Assembly: GCA_964016885.1 (NCBI GenBank)
Contig: OZ024755.1
Location: forward strand, 24,738,001 to 24,802,000
From: Eledone cirrhosa
Lineage: Eukaryota
Reading direction: 5' to 3'
Length of the DNA: 64,000 nucleotides
The notes under the pieces are model-generated. The model did not search any database. It was not told the origin of the DNA and saw nothing but the letters and a program-made list of their open reading frames with translations. Position numbers and translations under genes: made by a program. Shown here piece by piece: positions 12,646 to 24,500 of the stretch. Positions within the stretch are counted from its first letter, which is position 1. Every line of letters starts with the position of its first letter.

Positions 12646-13359
12646 CCACCTCTCTCTCCCTCTCACATACATACATAAGGATTGCAGTGTCTTCACAGAC
12701 GATTGTCGTCTCTTATTGATTCTTCATTGTCACCCCATCCGTGTCCATGACTTCGTAGACCAGTTGTAGATCTGCATGGTTTACGACACAAGTGACAGCA
12801 GAGAGTTATTCTTTCCACAGGACTGGTGGTGTCACCATAAATACATACTAAGTTCAAATCCCGCCGCGGTTAACTTTGCCTTTCATCCTTACGGGGTCGA
12901 TAAAATAAAGTACCAGTAATTCACTGGCATAATTGCAGGCCTTGTGCCAAAAGTAGAAACAAATTATATTATATATATATATATATATAGACCCCGTAAG
13001 GATAAAAGGCAAAGTTAACCACGGCGGGATTTGAACTCAGATCATATATATATATAATATAAATATATAACCAAAAGTTTATATGGTTCGTTGATTATTC
13101 AACGAATTCAGTTTTATAATATATTAGAAGCACTTGACAGTATTTATCTATAATATTATTCAAAATATTAATAAATGAGAAATATTATCATAACCAATTC
13201 CTGTAGGAATTGAAGATTCAAGATGGTATGTCGTATATCCGAGCTCTTATATATTTTATCTGATGAAAACGTACTGAAACACCATTGTACCTTTGAAATA
13301 TGTATAATAAAATATATACTTTGGTTATGAAAATATTTCTCATTTATTAATATTTTGAA

Positions 13360-13400
<41 letters not shown>

Positions 13401-13479
13401 CGAATGAAATGTGGTAAGGAACCAGATGGACCATAACGCACTAAAGTACTCAATACTTAGGGTAGTGGAGTGGGTAATA

Positions 13480-13589
13480 GGAACGAGTAGGACCCCGACG
13501 GCTGAGCTCGAACCGTTTCGACGGCTAATTCTGGACTAGAACTAGCCGTCGAAACGGTTTGAGCTCAGCCGTCGGGGTCCTACTCGTTC

Positions 13590-13591
<2 letters not shown>
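13480..13591. repeat. About 110-bp near-perfect palindrome; partial paralogue at 1610-1711
   Basis: aggaacgagtaggaccccgacggctgagctc...gagctcagccgtcggggtcctactcgttcct. Confidence 0.92.
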
Positions 13592-13664
<73 letters not shown>

Positions 13665-13984
13665 AGAATCAAAGCTATGTTTAAAGCATTTATTCACTTA
13701 CAATTGTTTCATCCAAACCCAGGCTTGGAGTCTTCGGACCATTTTTCAATGTTTGTACACATAATTGACCTCCTTTCCAACGCAAGAGACATACAGATAT
13801 ATATATATATATTGATGTACAGTGGAGTGACATATTACATTGAGCTATTTATCTTACTGGTAATAAGGTAGTAATAAATTACTGACCTTCACTGCTTAGG
13901 GTTTAAAATATACATAACTATAAAAATTTTTAATATATACATAACCATAAATAGTATCCTTAATATTATATATATATATATATA

Positions 13985-14280
13985 GGGCGGGTAAAATTCC
14001 CGAGATCCATGGACGAGTTCTCTCCAGCGCTCTCTGTCCCTCATTATCCCTGCCATGTCCTGCGTGTCCAAGAGACCAGTGTCTGTCCTTGGGGCATCAA
14101 CATATGTTAACCTCGGTCTTCCTCTTCTAATGTGTCCATGCAGGAGCTCCCATAGGAGCACTGAGTGCAGTGTCAACTCTGGATGTCGGTGAGCATGTCC
14201 AGCTAACCTCAGTCTCCTCTGTGTCACTTTCGAGCTGACTTTTGGGAGGCTCCCGTACAGCTCTGAAGTCTTCATCCTAT
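13985..14280 (-). mobile_element. 3' end of an RTE/RTEX-like LINE
   Basis: ELYGSLPKVSSKVTQRRLRLAGHAHRHPEL...GRPRLTYVD...REFYPP running into (TA)n; near-identical copy at 60452-60804. Confidence 0.75.
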
Positions 14281-14649
14281 ATATTTCCCCATTACATTAC
14301 GTCCGTTATTTTAATTTATATCAGCCTCGCTTTCAATTGTTTTAGCATTTGGTTTGAAATCCATTTCTCATTTCCTCTTCAAATGAACGTCTGTCTTCGT
14401 GAAACCTTTGGTAAATGAAATAATTGTCTTATGTTGTTTATTACACACACACACACACTATATATATGTGTGTGTCTGTGTATGAAGGAGCTCCGTATAT
14501 ATTCCACAGGGACTGGAATTAAATTCAATACGTAACTGTTTACCACAGCAGATTTTAATAATCTATTTGTAAATCTTTTAAGAAGAGACTGTATTCTCCG
14601 CGCATCTGTCCATAGATAAATGTTGGCAAGGAAATTTCAAATATATTTG

Positions 14650-15090
14650 TTAATGGTGATTCGGTCGTACCCCGCAGACAGAATGACGAAGGCATTGACA
14701 CCACGGAGAATGGTGAGCGAGACGCTGCAACATCCACCCAATATCACGGGGCTCCTTCCTCAGGCGGGCTGCTTTCTTTCCGATTTTGTGGAGGAAATCG
14801 GCGGAGCAGGGACCAAGGACAACAGGGACCGGTACGAAAAGGAAACAATCAGACAAGCCCTGGTATTTGTTTATCCTCTCCTCGGCATTGTGGGCGACGG
14901 TACCCAGGTTTGCGGCCGAAGCAACGAGGGTGGAAGCAGAGAACGTGTCACAACACGTAATGTCCCAGATTAGGGATTTACCTCCCTCGAATGGGAGGAG
15001 GGTTATTTCGACGGCGCTTACCATCGTTGGTTCCAGTTGAGACAGGAAACCGGCTATGTCGAAACTCTTCTTGATGATGTTGTTTAGAGC
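14650..15090 (-). mobile_element. CRE-like non-LTR retrotransposon endonuclease fragment
   Basis: GKSLIWDITCCDTFSAS...AEERINKYQGL...FVPV...LQRL, the pattern of CRE-clade restriction-like endonuclease C-termini. Confidence 0.65.
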
Positions 15091-16138
15091 GGCCAGCAAT
15101 TTGAAGAGAAAGCGAAAATCGTTTAAATCGACCCCAGGCAAAGCTAATCGCGGCACGATTTGAACTGAGAATGTAAATAGACAGAAGAAAGTTCACTAAC
15201 GATTCTATAATTGTTTCTATTTTAGGCACAAGGCCAGCAATTATCCACTACATTACTGGTACTTTATTTTATCGACCCCGTAAGGATGAAAGGCAAAGTT
15301 AACCTCGGCAGGATTTGAACTCAGATCGTAAAGGGACGTAACTATGCTGGAAAACATGCCCAACCCTCTATAATAAAGTATAATTTAAAATAAAAAAATT
15401 ATCAAGGGAGATAAATGTATTATAAATTATGTTGGTTGCTTCCCTTGACTATGTATTCGTGGGGAAAAACTAGCGATTGTGATGTGGAATAAGCGGGATA
15501 TATTGACAGTGGTAGAAAAAGAAATCAACAAGCGAAAGAGATAATTTTATATACGATATTGATCATATGAAAAATATACGAACTTATTGTGTAATTTTTT
15601 TAATTCTTATGTGTTCTTTGCATAAAACATGAAATGTGCTATCTAAGATGACAGTTATATAATATAAAAGGTCAAGGATAATTTTATGCACGCCAATCAT
15701 TATTATGACATCTTTATTCATTATTATATTGTACATATTTTATTTTGTTTCGCGTAATTAAAATAAACAAGCAAAGTATTCAATACTTTTTGAAAATTTA
15801 AGAATTTTCCGACATTTTTGTTTGGGTGGGGATGCAGCTGTACTCTAACGTACCCCAGCAATACGCTACTGTAGAGAGATGAATGGCAAAGTTGACCTCA
15901 GCTGGATAAACTATAGTCAAGCCAACTAATAATGACCGCAACAACAATCACCGAAGCAGTTTTACGTGGAGACATATCAACAAAGTCACCGGTTTACTAG
16001 ACACAATTACTGGAACAGTTTTACGTTGAAACATATCAACAAAGTCACCGGTTTAATAGGCAGTTAGATGTGTAATGTGTTTGACATAACCAATTAATTA
16101 AAGTTTCATTTGTTTTTATATCTAATTAAAGCCAGGAA

Positions 16139-16212
16139 ATGCCACTTCTAGAATACGAAAAAGAAATATTTTTGAACTGCTTTCACGATGATGGTTTACT
16201 TATTATGTCTCA
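16139..16212 (+). CDS. ERCC4: XPF exon 1 ([24 protein letters not shown])
   Basis: ATG at 16139; donor CA|gtaagt, phase 2. Confidence 0.9.
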
Positions 16213-18310
16213 GTAAGTTCTTCAAAAGTATTTTTAAACAAAATTAGTTTTATTCGCCGGCACTTTTGGTTCCAAATTAACTGATTTTTCAGACACCAGA
16301 CCTCAAGTAATGATTATTCGATGTAATTCCCCAGGACAGTACCACCACATTATTAATAACCTTTTCATTAGCAAACCTTTACAACACACTTTAGTTTCTT
16401 CAGAAATATAATATATTTTAAATTTATAAATACATCTGAAACATCGATATTCCGTTTTCATTATTATTACATCCGTCTCCGAGACGAGGGTAATAATAAT
16501 AATATATTTTTTCAAGTGTAGTTAGTTGATAGTTTTATTTTGAATTTGAGATTTATATTTTTCCTATTAACCGTCGTAAATTACTCGTTGTTTTCTGTTC
16601 CCCACACACACATGAGAACCCCCATAACATCGTTCACAGGGACCTGTGTTGTAACAAAACATTAACTAGACTTGGGTCGAATTATCCGTTAGCCTGACTA
16701 AAAGGGGTTACATAATAATTCTGGATAAATACCGAGGAGAGTGCCGCCATTTATTCATAACTTTTTTTCGCAAGCAACCATTCAGGACACATATTTGTTT
16801 ATTCCTTAACATCATATTATGAAGATGTAAACACTCTCTACATCTTTACATAAATTAGAGTCTTTCATCTTTCCATAGTTTATAAAATAATGTACCAAAT
16901 GGTTGTCCCTGTGTGTAAATTAGAGACCATTATTATACCTCGCATCCTGTTATTGTTATTTCAGGGGTCTTGGCATTGAGAGAATACTGATAAACCTGAT
17001 CAAAATCTACTGTGACCCTGGGAATTTAGTGCTTGTCTTGAATAATAACAGTGTGGAGGAGGTAAGAGCAAAGCTTTCATTTCTATCTTGCCTTTGTTGT
17101 TTTTTTAAAAATAAATTGTTGGACTTGACACTCTCTCTAGTGATGGTGCCACGATAAAATACACCCAGTAAAGTCAGTCATCTGGTAGTGTTGGTTCTAT
17201 GATAAAATACACTCAGTACCCCTTGTAATGTGGTAGTGCTGGTGCCATGATAACATACACTCAGTACACTCTGTAAAATGGTAGTGCTGGTGTCATGATA
17301 AAATACACCCAGTAAAGTCTGTCATGTGGTAGTGCTGGTGTCATGGTTAAATACACCATGTACAATCTGTAATGTGGTAGAACTGGTGCCATGATAAAAT
17401 ACACTCTGTAAATTGGTAGTTCTGATGCCATGATAAAATACACTCTGTAAATTGGTAGTTCTGATGCCATGATAACATACACCCAGTACACTTTGTAATA
17501 TGGTAGTGTTGGTGCCATGATAAAATACAACCAGTATACTCTGTAAAATGGTAGTGCTGGTGCTGTGATAAGATACACCCAGTACACTCTGGAAAATAGT
17601 TAGCATTAGGCAAGTCATCCAGCTATGGAAACCATGCCATATCTGGAATGTATAATGATGATGATGATGCTTTCATCTTTTGATACTGTAATATTTCTGT
17701 TTAATTCATATTGCTTTTGTAGGACTATATCTGCGACCGTCTGAAGAGTGATGATGTGAAAGATACACCTAAGATCATAACTAATGAATATAGTGCACCT
17801 AACAGGTAAGACAGGTAGAGTTTATTGGTCTGTAAATCTAACTTGATGTAGAGAAAGAGAGAGAGAGAGCTATATATATAAACTCACATGGCTTAGTGGT
17901 TAGAGCATTGGCCTTGCAATCGAAAGGTTGTGAGTTCAATTCTCAGACCAGGTGATGTGTTGTTTCCTTGAGCAAGACACTTTATTTTACATTGCTCCAG
18001 TTTAATCAACTGTAGAAATGAGATGATAGGACTGGAGTCCCTATCATTCCACTGAAAAGTGGTCGTGGAGGTGCCACGGGAAAAGAAGCACCCAGCACTC
18101 ATTGTAAATGAGGTTCGTGTTAGGAAGGGCATCCAGCTGTAGAAATCAAGCCAGAATCAGTTGCCGTCCCACCCTTGCAAGCAGGGAAAAGCGGACGTAA
18201 AATGATGACGATGATACACACACACCCACATACATATATATATGCAAATGTAACATGTTAGAATTATGTGCTACTCAATAGACATTATCCAGAGCGATAA
18301 GATATATGTG

Positions 18311-18341
<31 letters not shown>

Positions 18342-18495
18342 TAAGAATCATATATCTAGAGAAAACACAGTATATTGTATATATACTAAATACATATTCC
18401 TCTCTGTAATATGTATTTAGTATATATACAATATACAGAGAGGAATATGTATTTAGTATATATACAATATACTGTGTCTTCTCTGAATATATGGT

Positions 18496-18571
<76 letters not shown>

Positions 18572-21500
18572 GTATGTAAAAGGTAAACAAAAATAACAAC
18601 ACAATTGGTACAGTATATGGAAGGAATATATTAGGTTAATGCTTGAAATAGCAGGAAGAGGGTCTGAACATTTCAGACGCTAGTCCTTCATCAGCAGAAA
18701 GAATGAGAAATAAGATAGATAGAAGGGACAGGCAGGTTGGAATTGGAACACACATTTTATTAAGACTAAATAGTGAGTCTTGTTACTCTGGAGTTTCACC
18801 TGTTTATCACAGGTGAAACTCCACAGACAAGACTCACTATTTAGTTTGACATGTAACCAAAATATTACATATTCTTTTTAAACTGTTAATTTTACCTTTA
18901 TTTAATTTTTAGGCAGAAAATTTACACTGAAGGTGGTGTGTTGTTTGTGACTTCCCGTATTCTTGTGGTTGATTTTCTCACAGAGAACATTCCAGCAAAT
19001 CTCATCACAGGAATTATAGTTTGTAAAGCTCACAAGTAAGACTCTCTAGATCTTTCCAGTGCTTTTCAGTTTATTTTTGTTAACTCTTAATATCTTGTAA
19101 TAATTTCTTCTTGAGAGGGTCGTAGGGGCAGGCCCTCAAACACTCCTTCTCGAGGTCCTGTCAGAAGCAGTCGTCTCCAACTGATCCGGCTGGATCCTCA
19201 GTGAAAAGGTGAAGAAATGAAGAGATACAGTGGAAAAATTCATCTGCCATCCAGTTAAATGCTTCGTTGACATATTTAACTCAATAAATGACTGTGAAAC
19301 TTTCAGGAAGGGAGCAATCTCAAAATCACAATACTCTGCCTCTTAGGCAACAATTACAGCATGCCTTTTCATTTGCTGAGTTAGCTTGATGTCTGCTATA
19401 ATTTACCTGAAAAGAAATGATAATGAAACAAGTTAGAAAAAAGTTAGAGCTATTAAAAGATATGTCCCCAAAGAACTGAGCAACCCTGTATTTTCTTTTT
19501 TTTTTCTTTCGAATTTTTCAAATAATATTTTTTCTTTTTGTTTATGTTTAGATATTTAAATCATTCTTTTTTTGTTTTTTCTCATTTTGTTTAGAATCTT
19601 GGAGTCATGCCAGGAAGCTTTTATTCTTAGACTTTACCGACAAAAGAACAAGGTAAGTGGCAATTCTGAGTTGAAATGTCTAGGAACAAGGTGGCCTCTC
19701 TAGTGTCAGTGCCACTATAAAAACAAAAGAAAAAAACCGACTCAGTTCAAACCATAAAATAGTAGATATTGAATTGTAGAGAAGACTTTTCAGTCACCTT
19801 GTGAACAAGTCACCTTCTGTTCTTCAAGGTCTAAATCTGGTTCTGTAATAAGGAGTTCACTTGGAAAATATATAGTTTAAAACCATTGTGTGGCACCTTG
19901 AGCATCTTCAATAGCTTTGGGTTTACAAATGCCTTATGAGTATAATTTAATTAAGAGAAACTGCAAAATATCTATAAAATATATCATATTTTCATGTCTT
20001 TATTTCCAGGCTATGTGTGTGTGTGTGTGTGTTTATGTTCTGTAACTTAACAGTTCAACAAAAAGAAATTGATAACATTTGTAAAAAAACAACAAAAAAA
20101 CTACTGGGGTTGATAAGGTCAGCTAAACCCTTTAAAGGCAGTACTTTAGCATGACTAGTATAATTAGTAAAACCAGTAAAAGAATAAAGTTGGTATCATA
20201 GGGTGTAAACGGAGATTTTATATCAGAGTATCAAGACATTACAAGGAAGGTGTGTGTATATGTATGTGGTTGTTAATGTGTGTTTATGTGGTTGTTAGTG
20301 TGTGTGTGGTTCTTTGTGTGTGTATATGTGATTGTGACCATAGCCTTAAAACATGGGCCCAGAAGGTTAAGTCTTGCTTTAGCAGTGAACATAGCATAAC
20401 CCTTTAGTGTTCAAACCGGCCAGAATTTTCTGCTTTTTTCTGTTGAAACTGGCTCTAACTGGTCACTCAAACTGATGTTAAGGTATTGTTCTCAAAATAA
20501 ATACTTTCAAAATCTCATAGATTCGATATTATGTGAGATAATGCCTTTACCATGAAAGTATAATAGTATATATAGAGTAATGTGAATGCTAAAGGGTTAA
20601 AACACATTACATGTTGTTCTCTCTAATTACTAAATATTTACTTCTTACAGACTGGTTTCATCAAGGCATTTTCTGACCATCCATCAGGTTTCACAACTGG
20701 CTTTGCCCATGTTGAAAACGTAATGAAAAATCTTTTCCTCAAGAAACTATTTTTGTGGCCTCGGTTCCATGCTAATGTTGCTAGCTGCTTGGATAAGCAT
20801 AAGGTAAGCTTACATTTTAATGGTACATACAAATGAAACAAGGTTCTCCAACCCATTGGACCATTATGCTCTGTAAAAGGATGATGATGTTGTTGTTTGT
20901 TTTATTTATTTTTGTGGAGCTTAATTGAGATTAGAATTAAAACTGAATTAATCTTTCTTCATACCAAACCATCTCTTGCTCTATGATACCAAACTGTTTA
21001 TATTTATCTAAAAACCTTCCAACATAATTTTATGTAAGGACCTTTGTTAAGTTATATTCCAAAAACCAACTCCATAATGAGGTTAATTAACAAATCCCTC
21101 CAAATTCTTGATTATTTTGAAAATAAGCAATGTCTTTCAATAGAAATATTGTAAGTAAAGGGTTAACGTGTATTATGAAGTATTTAGTAGCTGATAATTT
21201 AAGTAGAATTTGTTATTGTTTAACCATAGATGAACATATTCTTGCAGTGATCTCTAAACATTTTTTAAACCACCCTTGATTCTATGATTCAAAACTGCTT
21301 GTTTTAAAGTGTACATAGTTATAGTAAAACCTTCCATTATAATCTACTATATAAATTGGAAGTGGTCGGACATTGTATATTTAAGTAAGTAAGTAGGTGT
21401 AGTCGGATAAACGTCGAAACGGCTTGGTGGAATGCAGTGAAAATTTACACAGTTATGCAGAATGACCCGAGGAGGCGTTGGGTCGACTTTCAAGCTACAA

Positions 21501-24500
21501 GCTTCCATGGTTACGGAGAAAATCGATGAAACAGGAATTTCCCATTCAAATTGAACTGAGAGTAATCTGTGAACGCAGAAGTAAATATTTCGAGAAACGT
21601 TGCAACCGAACGAAAACAGGAAGACGATATTTTGGTTCATGAAGATGTTCCCTGGCAATGAACGGGAAAAAAGCGAGGATAATACGTCGTTATGTGGAGC
21701 GAGAAGAACAATTTCATGCAAAAACAAGACCAAGTTTATGGTATAAATGGAGTCGTTAGACTAATATTCTATTTAAAATAACAGAATGATTTGCAGCCCC
21801 GGAGTTTAAGAATGACAGAGGTTATTAAAATAGTAAAAGTAAATAGTGAAGATTTAGGCCAGTACATACGTATGCCCCGACGGACATACGCACACATGAA
21901 TACATACACACCCACAAACGCACGCACGCGTATGTATAAACCTTATGTATTTCTACAGTATTTTTACCAAACTTAAGACATAGGTTACTTATGTACTCCG
22001 GATGGTCATGGGCACTTTCATTTTTCCAGATATTGATTATAGGGCCTCCCGGCAGATAACCCCCTTTAACCACTTTCTTGGAGTCGACTGAAGCACTGCA
22101 GTGCAGTGCAACAAAACTTTGCAACCGATTTTCACAAAACTTGACACATGGGCTACGTTTGTCCTACAGATGAATGTGAACTCTCAGAATTGGCACATAT
22201 TGAGTAGGGGACCCCTGGGGGCAGGAACACCCTTTTGGAAAAAGCCGATGATTTTGTAAAAGTATAGTTTTCGAAGCAGCACTGAAGTATTGACATAAAT
22301 GGTATACACAACTGCTATTTAATACCCGAGTAACGCCGGGTACCTCTGCTAGTCTTATATAAGATCCTTTGTTATGTTCCAAACACCAGCCTAATGATGA
22401 GAAAGCTATTCTCTTAGATTCCTCTAAACATTTTGACACAAAATCCTAAGCATCCTGTTGTTTTACATTCTTTAACATAAAAAAATGGAATATTGTTGTG
22501 AAATATATGTGATATGTGTGAGATATATATGATGTGTGTGAGATATATATGATGTGTGTGAGATATATATGGATAGCATGTTACAAGTTTACAACATAGT
22601 TTACATAGATATAGCTCTACTCCAGGGTCATGTTATACATAAAGAAAAATAGTAATTTTGAATTGTTTAGGTTTGTGTCTGATTTTGTGTTTCTTTTCTA
22701 TTTTAGATTGATGTTGTAGAGCTTCATATCCAGATGACCAGTGCAATGATTGCTTGTCAAACAGCTCTTCTTGACCTCATCAATGCCTGCATCACTGACC
22801 TTAAGAGATATACCTCTGCAGTAGGTGACATTATATTCTAGATCACTGGTGTGAAACTATTCCTATCGAGTTTACAATAGGTACACTGTATTCTTGTGTG
22901 CCATAAGAGGTGACTGGAAGTGTTGATGTATATCCAGTTTACACTAAGTACACTGTATTCTTGTGTGTCATAAGAGGTGACTGGAAGTGTTGATGTATAT
23001 CCAGTTTAGACTAAGTACACTGTATTCTTGTGTGTCATAAGAGGTGACTGGAAGTGTTGATGTATATCCAGTTTAGACTAAGTACACTGTATTCTTGTGT
23101 GTCATAAGAGGTGACTGGAAGTGTTGATGTATATCCAGTTTAGACTAAGTACACTGTATTCTTGTGTGTCATAAGAGGTGACTGGAAGTGTTGATGTATA
23201 TCCAGTTTAGACTAAGTACACTGTATTCTTGTGTGTCATAAGAGGTGACTGGAAGTGTTGATGTATATCCAGTTTACACTAAGTACACTGTATTCTTGTG
23301 TGTCATAAGAGGTGACTGGAAGTGTTGATGTATATCCAGTTTAGACTAAGTACACTGTATTCTTGTGTGTCATAAGAGGTGACTGGAAGTGTTGATGTAT
23401 ATCCAGTTTACACTAAGTACACTGTATTCTTGTGTGTCATAAGAGGTGACTGGAAGTGTTGATGTATATCCAGTTTAGACTAAGTACACTGTATTCTTGT
23501 GTGTCATAAGAGGTGACTGGAAGTGTTGATGTATATACAGTTTACACTAAGTACACTGTATTCTTGTGTGTCATAAGAGGTGACTGGAAGTGTTGATGTA
23601 TATCCAGTTTACACTAAGTACACTGTATTCTTGTGTGTCATAAGAGGTGACTGGAAGTGTTGATGTATATCCAGTTTAGACTAAGTACACTGTATTCTTG
23701 TGTGTCATAAGAGGTGACTGGAAGTGTTGATGTATATCCAGTTTACACTAAGTACACTGTATTCTTGTGTGTCATAAGAGGTGACTGGAAGTGTTGATGT
23801 ATATCCAGTTTACACTAAGTACACTGTATTCTTGTGTGTCATAAGAGGTGACTGGAAGTGTTGATGTATATCCAGTTTAGACTAAGTACACTGTATTCTT
23901 GTGTGCCATAAGAGGTGACTGGAAGTGTTGATGTATATCCAGTTTAGACTAAGTACACTGTATTCTTGTGTGTCATAAGAGGTGACTGGAAGTGTTGATG
24001 TATATCCAAGTTACAATAGGTACACTGTATCCCAGTGCACCATCAGAGGTGACGGGAAGTGTTAATGAATATCCAATTTACAATAGGTACACTGTATTCT
24101 TGTGTGTTGTCATAAGTAACTGAAAGTGATGATGTATATCCAAGTTACAATAGGTGCACTGAATTCCTGTGTGTCATAAGAGGTGGTACCTTGAAGGGTA
24201 TCAAGCTGTAAAATATTCCCTCAAAAAGAATCTTAATTTCAGTATAAAGTCTTCATGAAGCCTGCAAGACCACTTTTTTTGCAGGGAATATAGCCTTAAA
24301 ACACTTGATACTGTTATGTTTTCATTTCTTTCTCTTTTTTCCCCCTTTTATCTGTTTATCGATTGTGAAAGTATATGGTTTAATAGTTAAGGTTTTGAAC
24401 TTGTGTTGGCAGGTAGTAGGTTTGATTCCTGGACTGGATAGCAGATTGTGACCTCGAGCAAGGCACTTTATTTCACGTTACTCCAGTCAAGATAGCTGGA

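Noticed and set aside
13260-13285. CTGATGAAAACGTACTGAAAC as a hammerhead
   Set aside because: No convincing stem II pairing and no paralogous support. Similar weak CTGAAGA matches near 16400 and 26200 were also dropped.
3335-16139. Bidirectional promoter shared by the BMP-like gene and XPF
   Set aside because: The genes are head-to-head but about 12.8 kb apart, separated by repeats; no evidence of a shared promoter.
17885-17955. Apparent tRNA gene
   Set aside because: A and B boxes are present but no complete cloverleaf is evident, and it continues into SINE core and tail.
22868-24185. CRISPR-like regular repeat
   Set aside because: Head-to-tail units with no unique spacers, no cas genes, and inside a eukaryotic intron. 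The same applies to the 45-bp and 48-bp arrays.
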